This document shows positions 39,614 to 49,000 of a stretch of DNA of 64,000 nucleotides, piece after piece. Each line of letters begins with the position of its first letter. Positions within the stretch are counted from its first letter, which is position 1. The notes beneath the pieces were generated by a model. The model had not been told where the DNA came from and ran no database searches. It saw nothing but the letters and a program-made list of their open reading frames with translations. Origin of the DNA: Verrucomicrobiota bacterium (GTDB lineage Bacteria; Verrucomicrobiota; Verrucomicrobiia; Palsa-1439); contig PLZV01000057.1 of NCBI GenBank assembly GCA_003152315.1, forward strand, positions 200,065-264,064, written 5' to 3'. The position numbers were made by a program, and so were the translations under genes.

Positions 39614-39925
39614 ATGGCCGGACTAGGGAAATTTCTGAAACAAGCCCAGAAGATGCAGGCCGAAATGACGCGCGTGCAGGAGGAGCTGGCGAAACGCGAA
39701 GTCGAAGCCTCGGCGGGTGGGGGAGCCGTGAAGGCCACCGCGCGCTGTGACGGCACGATTGTATCCGTCAAGATCGACCCCAAAGTCGTCGATCCGAAGG
39801 ACGTCGAGATGCTCGAGGACCTGATCCTCGGGGCCGTGACCAACGCCTTACAATCGGCGAAAAAGACCCAGGACGAAGAGTTGGCAAAGGTCACCGCCGG
39901 CATGAACCTCCCCGGCATGATGTAG
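39614..39925 (+). CDS. ybaB: Nucleoid-associated protein YbaB/EbfC
   Basis: 103 aa. KQAQKMQAEMTRVQEEL and the family-typical GGGAVKAT...G segment. Confidence 0.9.
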   Translation: MAGLGKFLKQAQKMQAEMTRVQEELAKREVEASAGGGAVKATARCDGTIVSVKIDPKVVDPKDVEMLEDLILGAVTNALQSAKKTQDEELAKVTAGMNLPGMM

Positions 39926-39938
39926 CGGCGCGACGCCG

Positions 39939-40535
39939 ATGGATTATCCCCAGCCCGTTCAGAACCTGATCACCCAGGTGTCCCGCCTGCCCGGTATCGG
40001 CAAGCGGAGCGCGGAGCGCATCGCCTTGCACCTGCTAAAGGCCAACGGCGACACGAATCGCCTCCTCGCGCAAGCGATCCTCGATGCGAAGGCGAAGATC
40101 CGCAATTGCTCACGCTGCGGTGGCTATACCGAAAACGATCCCTGCGAAATTTGCGACAGCCCGCGCCGCGAGCAGTCCTCCATCTGCGTGGTGGAAGGTC
40201 CCAACGACATCCTCACGTTGGAACGCGCGGGCGTGCACAAGGGTGTTTACCACGCGCTGATGGGGAGGGTCTCACCGCTTAACGGTATCGGCCCCGAGCA
40301 ACTCCGCATCGCGGCGTTGCTGGAACGAGTGTCACGGGACAAACCGACAGAGGTCATTCTGGCGTTGGGGGCGGATGTGGAAAGTGAAGCGACGGTAAAC
40401 CACCTCATCGACCTGCTCAAACCGCTCGGCGTTTCTGTCAGCCGCATCGCGTTGGGGTTGCCCGTCGGTAGCGCCCTGGAAACCGCCGATGAAGTTACGC
40501 TCTCCCGCGCGCTGGAAGGCCGGCGAAAAGTTTAA
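39939..40535 (+). CDS. recR: Recombination protein RecR
   Basis: HhH (LPGIGKRSAERIALHLL), C4 zinc finger (CSRCGGYTENDPCEIC) and Toprim domain. Confidence 0.9.
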   Translation: MDYPQPVQNLITQVSRLPGIGKRSAERIALHLLKANGDTNRLLAQAILDAKAKIRNCSRCGGYTENDPCEICDSPRREQSSICVVEGPNDILTLERAGVHKGVYHALMGRVSPLNGIGPEQLRIAALLERVSRDKPTEVILALGADVESEATVNHLIDLLKPLGVSVSRIALGLPVGSALETADEVTLSRALEGRRKV

Positions 40536-40767
40536 CCCGCGAACACTCTGTATCTTGGGACGTTGCCGTTCAGTGAGTGCGTCGTCGTAGTGACGCCAGC
40601 CCTAAGAGTCCCATAGCCGCAAGGAACAACGTCGACGGTTCAGGGACAAACTGGACCGTAATGTCCGTCGGATCATAGCCCACAATGTAATTCAGCGTGA
40701 CCGTGCCAAACGCAAAGAACAGGCCCCACAACTCTGTGGGGCCCGCTCAACTATCAGGTGAAACCGA

Positions 40768-41613
40768 TTAGGCTTTGCGACGGCGCACGGCCAGCGCGCC
40801 CAGCAAACCGGTGATGACGAGCACGATGGTGGAAGGCTCGGGCACCGCGATCGTATATTGATCAAGGACGGTTGCGTTGTATTGGGCTGTGGAACTGTAG
40901 GTTCCTTGAATGTTCCCTTGAACCACCAGTGAGTCATAGGCGGTCTGATTGCCGCTGGTGCCCGTGCTGCAAATGTCGAAATCAAAAGTTGTTCCGGCAG
41001 TGAGAGCAAAACCTGCGGCGAAGTCACTCAGCGGGACGGTTAAGTTGATGGAATTCGAAATGGTGGTCGAGGGCTGCATGCTCAATGGCTGGCCGCTGGC
41101 CACCGTATTGATTTTCGACCAGGTCAAACTAACGCCGTTCGTATTCCAAGCGTAATCGTTAAACCCGTAGCTGGTGTAGGGACTGGCGCCAGATCCGGAG
41201 CCACCGGCCCCGAATATTCCTACGAAATCCTGCATTCCGCCGAAAGAACTGTCGAAGGATATGGAACGGCCATACGCATTGCCGTGGGTCGTGGCATTGG
41301 CGGAGGTGTCGCCACCGGCGGAAGGATTGCCGGATGTGATGCCGATAATGTAATTAAATGCGCCGCCGGTTGAAAGGTTGGCTCCCGGATTCATGTTGAG
41401 TGTGATATAGAGATTGTTCGCGTCATTGGAGATGGTTGCGGACGAGATATCGCGCAGGAGGCTGGCGCTGCCCTGCCCGTCGCCCAGCACGTCGGTGTAA
41501 GTTGTGCCAGAGCCACCCGACTGATTGATAGTGCCCGCCGACGCCGAAAAAACGGCAAAACCCATCACGCCCAAGCCGACTGTGAATGCTTTAAATAGTT
41601 TCCCGATCTTCAT
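40768..41613 (-). CDS. PEP-CTERM sorting-domain secreted protein
   Basis: ATG at 41611-41613 with a GGGAG RBS and a signal peptide. Gly/Ser/Thr-rich body. The C-terminal VPEPSTIVLVITGLLGALAVRRRKA is a PEP-CTERM signal. Confidence 0.65.
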   Translation of the reverse strand: MKIGKLFKAFTVGLGVMGFAVFSASAGTINQSGGSGTTYTDVLGDGQGSASLLRDISSATISNDANNLYITLNMNPGANLSTGGAFNYIIGITSGNPSAGGDTSANATTHGNAYGRSISFDSSFGGMQDFVGIFGAGGSGSGASPYTSYGFNDYAWNTNGVSLTWSKINTVASGQPLSMQPSTTISNSINLTVPLSDFAAGFALTAGTTFDFDICSTGTSGNQTAYDSLVVQGNIQGTYSSTAQYNATVLDQYTIAVPEPSTIVLVITGLLGALAVRRRKA

Positions 41614-41843
41614 AGTTTTATCGCTCCCTAGAGTGTTGCTGAATGCCCAAGTCTCCATCGCATAACAACTGGATTCTTTTCCCAAACTCGCCAAACACCG
41701 AAACCTACCGCTTCTCCACCCCCCACTTATACCGTAGAACGGTTTATCAAGTCAACGCCGCTCTTTATACATTTTCGGCCTTTTCCTATACAACTTCTGT
41801 GGTCTTGTCGCCCTCCCGACCCTTGGATACAGTGTTCCAGCTC

Positions 41844-42863
41844 ATGAAGGTCCGTGGCAAAAACTACCGTGCCGTGTGGATGGAAGGTCGCGACGTCGTC
41901 GTGATCAACCAACCGTTGCTGCCACACCGATTTGGGCTGCTGCGCCTGAAGAACCACCGTGAAACCGCCCATGCCATCAAGACCATGATCATTCGCGGCG
42001 CGGGCACCATCGGCGCTACCGCCGCCTACGGCATGGCCCAGGCCTGGTTGGAAGGTGTGGATCTAAACCGCGCCTATCGTACCATTTTGGAGACCCGCCC
42101 GACAGCGGCGGATTTGAAACACGCGCTGGACCGCGTCCGCGCCCGGGCCAGCTCCGCGAAAGAAGCCGTCGCCGAGGCGGAAGCTATCGCCGACGAATAT
42201 GTCGCCCGCGCCAAACGGATCGCCGAAGTTGGCTTGCCGCTCATCAAAAGCGGCTCGCGCATCCTTACCCACTGCAACGCCGGCTGGCTCGCCTTGGTGG
42301 ACTGGGGTAGCGCGCCCGCTCCGATCTATCTCGCGCATCGCCGCGGTCGAAAGGTGTTCGTCTGGGTGGACGAGACCCGCCCGCGGAATCAGGGCGCGAA
42401 CCTCACGAGTTGGGAATTCCTGCAGGAGGGCGTCCCGCACAAGATCATCGCCGACAATGCCGGCGGGTTTTACATGCAACGCGGCGAAGTGGATCTGTGC
42501 ATTGTCGGCGCGGACCGCATCGCGGCCAACGGCGACGTCGCCAACAAAATCGGCACGTACCAGAAAGCCGTTCTCGCCTGCGAGAACGGCATTCCCTTCT
42601 ACGTGGCCGCGCCGAGTTCGACGATCGACTGGAAGTGCCCGAGCGGGGCCGGCATTCCGATTGAGGAACGGGACGAGGACGAAGTGCATTACATATCTGG
42701 AAAGACGACCGGTGCCAGGCTGGAGCGCATCCGCATCTCGCCGGCAAAATCCCGCGCCGGCAACCCCGCCTTCGATGTGACCCCCGCGAAATACATCACC
42801 GGAATCATCACGGAGCAGGGGATCATGAAGCCGGGCGAACTACGCAAGCGGTTTCGGAAATAA
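41844..42863 (+). CDS. mtnA: S-methyl-5-thioribose-1-phosphate isomerase (eIF-2B alpha/beta/delta-like family)
   Basis: ATG at 41844. MtnA-typical GAGTIGATAAYG and the CNAG..ALVDWGSA segment are present. Confidence 0.8.
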   Translation: MKVRGKNYRAVWMEGRDVVVINQPLLPHRFGLLRLKNHRETAHAIKTMIIRGAGTIGATAAYGMAQAWLEGVDLNRAYRTILETRPTAADLKHALDRVRARASSAKEAVAEAEAIADEYVARAKRIAEVGLPLIKSGSRILTHCNAGWLALVDWGSAPAPIYLAHRRGRKVFVWVDETRPRNQGANLTSWEFLQEGVPHKIIADNAGGFYMQRGEVDLCIVGADRIAANGDVANKIGTYQKAVLACENGIPFYVAAPSSTIDWKCPSGAGIPIEERDEDEVHYISGKTTGARLERIRISPAKSRAGNPAFDVTPAKYITGIITEQGIMKPGELRKRFRK

Positions 42864-42870
42864 CACAGCC

Positions 42871-43434
42871 ATGGGTGAGGTCTATACAGGAACGAAGTTT
42901 CGCACCGTCTTCGCGCGGCGCGCGGTCTCGGGCGATGAGCGGTTGGGCGAGTTGCTGAAGTGGTGCCGCCGCTGGGCCGCACTGGGCTTGGTGGGCGACA
43001 CGGTCGGCAACCTCAGCTTCCGCACGGTCAACGGTTTCATCATCAACCGCACCGCGGGCGATCTGGGCGGGATCACGCGCCAGGAATTTGTCGAGGTGCT
43101 CGAAGCCGACCGCGACGCGCGCCAGTTGACGGTGGCGGGCCTGTACGAACCTTCCAGCGAGAGCCTGATGCACGCGGGGATCTACGCGGCGCGGCCCGAG
43201 GTGGACGCAGTGTTTCACGGTCACAGTGAGAAGCTGCTCGCGGCGGCGGAGCGGTTGGGTCTGCCAGTTACGGCGCGCGAACAACCCTACGGCACGACCG
43301 AGTTGGTCGCCGAGATTTTGCAGGTGCTGGACGGCCATAAACTCGTCATCATGCGCCAGCACGGATTCGTTTCACTCGGCGGGACGATGGCAGAGGCGGG
43401 ACGCAATGCGGAGGAAATCTTGCAGCGGTTATGA
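42871..43434 (+). CDS. mtnB: Class II aldolase/adducin-family protein, probable methylthioribulose-1-phosphate dehydratase
   Basis: The HxH metal-site block (VFHGHSEK) is present and the gene is adjacent to mtnA. Confidence 0.6.
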   Translation: MGEVYTGTKFRTVFARRAVSGDERLGELLKWCRRWAALGLVGDTVGNLSFRTVNGFIINRTAGDLGGITRQEFVEVLEADRDARQLTVAGLYEPSSESLMHAGIYAARPEVDAVFHGHSEKLLAAAERLGLPVTAREQPYGTTELVAEILQVLDGHKLVIMRQHGFVSLGGTMAEAGRNAEEILQRL

Positions 43435-44042
43435 ACGGGATCGATGCGATCATTTTTGATTTGGGCAACGTGTTGCTGGCGTTCGACGAATCGCGCGCCG
43501 TGGAACGCCTCGCCGCGCGCACGGGCAAGACGCGGCAGCAGATTGAGGAGTACGCGCGTGGCACGCCGCACGTGACCGAATTGGCGCTCGGCAAAGTGAC
43601 GAAGCTGCGGTTCTTCCGCACCGTCGCCAAAGATCTGGCCTTCGACGGCACGTACCAGGAGTTCGCGTTGCTTTGGTCCGACATCTTTACGCCCATCGAA
43701 CCGATGATCGCGCTGGCCGAATCGCTCAAGAACCGCCTGCCGCGCCTGCTCCTCTCGAACACCAACGCCATCCACATGGACTACGTCTTCGAGCACTACC
43801 CGTTTCTGCAGGACTTCGACGCGCATGTGCTCTCGCACGAAGTCGGTCTGCTGAAACCCGACCCCGCGATCTTCCAACACGCGCTGCGCACGTCCGGCCT
43901 GGCCGCCGCCCGCACCGTTTTTCTCGACGACATCGCCGCCAACGCCGAGGCCGCCCGCCACGCCGGGATGCAGGCCATCCATTATAAAAGCCCCGATCAG
44001 GCGCGCGCAGAGTTGACGAAACTCGGTGTGTCGCCTATATAA
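43431..44042 (+). CDS. HAD-IA family hydrolase
   Basis: Motif I IIFDLGNVL, motif II SNTN, motif III/IV FLDDIAAN. It is not the DIEGTT-type enolase-phosphatase. Confidence 0.7.
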   Translation: MNGIDAIIFDLGNVLLAFDESRAVERLAARTGKTRQQIEEYARGTPHVTELALGKVTKLRFFRTVAKDLAFDGTYQEFALLWSDIFTPIEPMIALAESLKNRLPRLLLSNTNAIHMDYVFEHYPFLQDFDAHVLSHEVGLLKPDPAIFQHALRTSGLAAARTVFLDDIAANAEAARHAGMQAIHYKSPDQARAELTKLGVSPI

Positions 44043-44062
44043 CAAGGCCACCACTTTCCGGT

Positions 44063-44137
44063 TCCGCAGTAGCTCAATGGTGGAGCAGCGCACTGTTAAT
44101 GCGCGGGTTGTAGGTTCGAGTCCTACCTGCGGAGCCA
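44063..44137 (+). tRNA. tRNA-Asn (anticodon GTT)
   Basis: Acceptor TCCGCAG/CTGCGGA, D stem GCTC/GAGC, anticodon stem GCGCA/TGCGC with loop CTGTTAA, T arm GTAGG-TTCGAGT-CCTAC. Discriminator G and CCA. Confidence 0.9.
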
Positions 44138-44331
44138 ATTTCCATCTCGTTGCGCCGCAACGAGGGTTGCCCTCGCAGGTGGGTCAAAAGGGTCAACTGT
44201 CAGGGAAAGTGCCAGGGAAACCGTCGCGAAGCAGCCCTTACGGGGCAATTCGCGCCAATCCGGCCATACCCCGCCAGAACCCCTTAACGCGAAATTTCGC
44301 GCGCCTCTATTATCCTCAAACGGAGAGAGGC

Positions 44332-45402
44332 ATGAAATATCGTTACTGGAAATTCAACCGGAAAGGCACCTGGTACGTCGAAGACGCCGTCACCGGTAAA
44401 CAGGAGAGCCTGCGCACCTCGGACGAGAAGGAAGCGGAGCAACTGCGACACGCCAAGAACGAGGCCACGCGTGACCGCGCGCTTAGCCTGGCGTTGGGGC
44501 GCGCGTATCTCGGCGCGCACGATCCGAAAATGGCGAAGCGTACCTGGGCGGACGTCATGGCGGAGATGTCCAATCACGGGGAGCAAACCACACAGGACCG
44601 CTGTCGGCGTGCCATGCGCAGCAAACCGTTCGACCGGATCCGCCACCAGCAGTTGGTCGAGGCGACCGCCAAGGATCTCTTGGACGTGCTTCGATCGGGA
44701 ACGTCCTCGACGAACCACTTCCTGCGGCGATTGCACAATCTGGCCATCGACCTGGGCTGGCTGCCATGGGTGGTGCTTGCGCCCAAACTGTGGCCCAAGA
44801 TTGAAGCGAAACCCAAGCGAAGTATTACGCATGACGAGCACGTACGCATCGTTTCCGACGACGAGAATCTGGAACGAAGCCTGTATTACGAGGTGCTGTG
44901 GGAGATCGGTGCCTCGCAAAGTGACGGCGCCAAGCTGACGGCGGAAAACGTTGACTGGTGCACCGGCCGGATGGCGTACATCAGGAGCAAGACGAAAACG
45001 AATTGCACGCTGGAAATCGGGCAACGACTTAAAGCCATTCTGAAACAGTTGCCGCCATACGGACTGCTGTTTCCCAATATCGCTCGGGTACCGGCCAAGG
45101 ACCGTGCGGGCGAATTTCGTCGTCGCTGCCGGCGTCTGGGGATCAAGGGCGTGACGCTTCATTCCTACCGGTATGCGTGGGCAGAGCGGGCCGAGACATG
45201 TGGCTACCCGGAGAGGTATTCGCAACAGGCCCTCGGCCATGCCAGCAAGGCTGTCCACCGAGCCTATGGCAGACACGCTCAAGTGACCCTTCCCTCCCTG
45301 GAGGAGTACGAGCAGGCATGCACGGAGCGGAAGATTATTCCGATCAGACGCCAAAACGGTGACGCTGTCGGGATGTCACGCGTAAATGTCAGGCGGCGGT
45401 GA
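44332..45402 (+). CDS. int: Tyrosine-type site-specific recombinase/integrase
   Basis: ATG at 44332. The C-terminal catalytic region has R...HxxR...Y spacing (LHSYRYAWAERA...LGHASKAVHRAY). It is located next to the tRNA. Confidence 0.8.
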   Translation: MKYRYWKFNRKGTWYVEDAVTGKQESLRTSDEKEAEQLRHAKNEATRDRALSLALGRAYLGAHDPKMAKRTWADVMAEMSNHGEQTTQDRCRRAMRSKPFDRIRHQQLVEATAKDLLDVLRSGTSSTNHFLRRLHNLAIDLGWLPWVVLAPKLWPKIEAKPKRSITHDEHVRIVSDDENLERSLYYEVLWEIGASQSDGAKLTAENVDWCTGRMAYIRSKTKTNCTLEIGQRLKAILKQLPPYGLLFPNIARVPAKDRAGEFRRRCRRLGIKGVTLHSYRYAWAERAETCGYPERYSQQALGHASKAVHRAYGRHAQVTLPSLEEYEQACTERKIIPIRRQNGDAVGMSRVNVRRR

Positions 45403-45733
45403 GCGCCATTTTCGCGCACGGCTTTTCGTTCTTGGATTTCCAGTGCTTCGACACGGCCTTGGTGGCCTTGCTCAACCAGACGGTATCCTTCGTAAGCCCC
45501 TCGACATAGACAGCTGAGAAGTATTTGGGGGCATTGGGCGCGGGGGAGCCAAGCGGCTTGAGAAGGCCTGCCCTAATCAGGATAGGAATATCATGGCTTT
45601 CAAACCCCAGCACCCACCCCGCCTCTTCTGAGGTGAGCCGCGCGGGCCAGTGAGCCAGCTTCAATATATCCTCGCGTGTCGCCAAATCCGCCTCGCATCT
45701 ATACCCGTAGGTCGTTTGCCTGCGGTCGCGCAA
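45389..45733 (-). CDS. Hypothetical protein
   Basis: ORF only. It overlaps the integrase 3' end by 14 bp. Confidence 0.3.
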   Translation of the reverse strand: MRDRRQTTYGYRCEADLATREDILKLAHWPARLTSEEAGWVLGFESHDIPILIRAGLLKPLGSPAPNAPKYFSAVYVEGLTKDTVWLSKATKAVSKHWKSKNEKPCAKMALTAA

Positions 45734-46017
45734 CTAGCTCCATGAGGGAGCTTGTGCGACATGCAAATTCTACCGCAAGATGAGGCGCTTGGCGAGAATT
45801 AAATAAGTCGTAAACCTCTGAACAATATACCATTGCGAAGCTAGATGTCAAGCTCGCTTTTGGTCCGGTCGAGAAGCTGCGCGAAGCCGAAACGAACCTA
45901 CGCAAAGCAGATGGGCGGCGGCAAATGCTCAGGGGATGGGCAGGCCTAGCTTGAGCATTTGCGCAAGATGTCTGACAATTACGAGCCGCACCAAAATTAG
46001 CGACTGACCGCTCTTAA

Positions 46018-49000
46018 TCAGGCCGCGGTTTGCCGAATTTTGAAGATTAGTTTCCAGAACTCGACAGCGACCTGCAACGGTAGGCGGTACGCCAATGTGG
46101 TAAACCCCGGCTGTAGATTATTTGCTACGGCAGGCCACTCGACTATACCTTCAAAGAGAAAATCTGCCATTTCGCGGGCCGCTGTCGCTGGGTCGTGGAA
46201 TCTAAGCGCAAGTAGTTCGGCACATTCAATGAATGTCGCCATATGGTTGGGTTTTGTTTGCATTTCTTTTTCTGACAAAGCAATGCGATGAAACAATTTC
46301 TGTACCTCTGCCTTCACCCGCTTTGCTGCCTCCCGATCATCTAAGCGGTTAACTTGGTTTATAATCGTAAAGAGCGCCACCCTCAAACTGCTTGGCTCCA
46401 ACGCCTCTAGGTCGACAAAATTGATGCTCATTATAAAGGTTCGTACTTTATCTCGTAGTGAATCTGGTGCTTTCGTTCGGCCAAGTGTGCCAAAGGCGAT
46501 GACCCATTTGCTTGGCTGATCTGGTTTTCCAAGCAAGTCCGACAATACTGCCTCTGCGTTTGTCAGAATTTGATTTGAACCAAGCAACTTCGCTGGCTCC
46601 GGACCGATTAACGAGGCCAGCGTTTCGCCTTGGTCGCCCCCAAGAAAAGACCCGAGGGCGTTTTCCTGCAGGGCAGGGTCAGCTAGGAATTCGATCCGCT
46701 GTACCCACTTGTCTTCAACTTTGAAAAAGCACAACCCTACTGCTTTCTCTTCCAGTCCGGGGAAGTCAGTGGAGCGGATTCGGGCTTGGGTGAGCGCCGC
46801 AGCAATGCCGCGCGATAAAAATGTCGAACGATTTATTTGGCGCGGATGGGCAACGTCACCGCGCAACTCGTCTCGTGACCCAAATAACTCGTTGGGCACG
46901 GGTTGTGCGGCTTTCTCGAAGAACTCCGCTACTTTCTCCTTAGAACTGCGTTTCCGTAGCAACGTATATAAACGAGTGGCATGAAGCCAACTTGCCGAGA
47001 GAATCGCGAACGAAGACCAATTCTTCGTATCATGGCGGTGTTCTAAATGTAAAACGGTCCAACGCAGAATCTTATCGAGGGCAGAATAATCTATTTCACC
47101 TTCCGGTCCCAAAAGAGAATCGAGAAGTCGCTGAGCGATGGGTCTGCGTTCCGAGCCACCGCTCAAGGCAATACCAAGCAAGTGTAACCGTGACACGGGA
47201 GAAACTGAATGGCTTAATGCATCCTCTAGCCAGGCCGATTGCTCAGTGAGCGACAGTTTTGCGTGCGCCTCCCATATGGCGCCTGGAACAGCTATTGGTA
47301 GTGAAGCGACCCGCAAAAAGGCTTCGGCGAACCCTTCTTCATCTACGAGAGATTTTGCTGCGGCTTCAAACGCTGTCGCGGATTGGCCGGGCTTTGTCTC
47401 TTGGGGCAGACGGAGATGATTCAATAAACCCTGGGATGGGGGCGGCTCAAAATCTGAGAGGTGCAATGATTTCCGCTCGGCCAACTGGGCTTCGAGGTTG
47501 GCATAGAAGGAAGCCGCAGAATTGTTCCTCCAGTGGCGTATTCGTGTGATTCGTTCGGATGGATCGCCCAGTCGCGCCAGACGCTGCACTTGTCTCTCGT
47601 GAGTCTGGGCGTTGCAATCAAACCATTCGCGGTGTGTTATAAGAACTTTTTCCCGTGTCAAAACATCGGGCCTCAAAACCTCAAACAGTGGGTCAGACAT
47701 CCTAAATGTTTTTTCTGGCGTGCCAGTGCTTAATCGTAGCGTTTCACCATCTGCGTCGGAAATGAAGCGCATGGTGAATTCTTGCAGTGGATCGCGTGCC
47801 GTTATTCTTTCTACGCTTCCCTGCACCGCTTTCTTTGCGGCTTGCCAAAACTCCTTATCTTCAAATTTAAAATTGGCAACGACTACAACACGATGCTCTT
47901 TTATCCCGATCCTCTTCAGTGCCCTGGACGAAATGCTCATGTGACTTCGGATTGTTTCTGGCAAGTTGGCATACAGGTCCGACAAGAGAACCTGCAGAAC
48001 TTTGTCCCGTTTCTTTGACTTCGACTTAGCGGGAGACATGGCCTCAAAAAGCCTGCTGAGCTGCCTCCCAAGGGTCTTGTTGGATTCCCAATCTGTTGAG
48101 AAGCGGTTCTGTAACCAATCAAAATAGCCTGCGCGCAGCATCGGACCCTTTTCGTCTGTGCTGCTTAGTCTTGTCGGAGCCTGAATGTACAAGAGTGCAA
48201 TGGTCCCCCCCATTAACTCACGTTCCTGGGCACTATGAGGAGCAAGACCGATTAATCGAGGGGTTGCGCCGCAATCATACCAGAGATTATAAAGTATCCA
48301 ATCCGCGCGCGCTATAGCTGCGCCATCGGTAATCTTCTCATCACACCAGAGGGAGCGAATCGCTTCCCCAGCGGCAGCAAAGAGACCAGTCAAAACATTT
48401 ATCTCACCCGGTTGGCTCCCTTTTCCCATCTGCGCCGGCATACGCAGAGAGTCTCTGTCCTGTAAACACGACGCTACGTAACGCCGTAATACCGACAATT
48501 CTGGAGTTTCGATGATTTTGCCGTCCCTTTCAGTTGCATTATGGAGATCAAAAAGAATCTCCTCTTTCTCGAGGGGGACGTATCTGAAGTTCCCTTTACG
48601 AAGCTGATGTAGTTTCCGGAAGTAACTAGTTTGGTCGAGAACTTTCCGCCTGCGCAATTCATTCAGTATTTCAAGTAGGCCGACCACCGGCAGTTCACCA
48701 CACTTGGAAAACGCATTTATAAACCGGTCGTCAATCCAGACATAGCTTCCTGATGCGCTTTTGGCGTGCAACAATTCTTCCAAACAGGCAGCGTCGGGAC
48801 CCCACGTTTGAGTTGCGCGATCCGGTTTCAAGCTATTACTGACCCCGATAAACTTGTATCTGTCAGCGGCTAAACCGAGGTTTATTCGGTCACGCAATTG
48901 GCGCAGCCATTCTTGAAGATTTCTCTGTTCTTCCACGCGTTTGAGCCCGGCTCTGATATTCGCCGCTTCCCTCGGTTCGATATACACTTGGAAATTCTTG

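Noticed and set aside
41695-41843. Possible SAM or methionine-salvage riboswitch upstream of mtnA
   Set aside because: The leader lacks the conserved SAM-I/II core sequences. It is just a 150-nt spacer with a divergent PEP-CTERM gene promoter.
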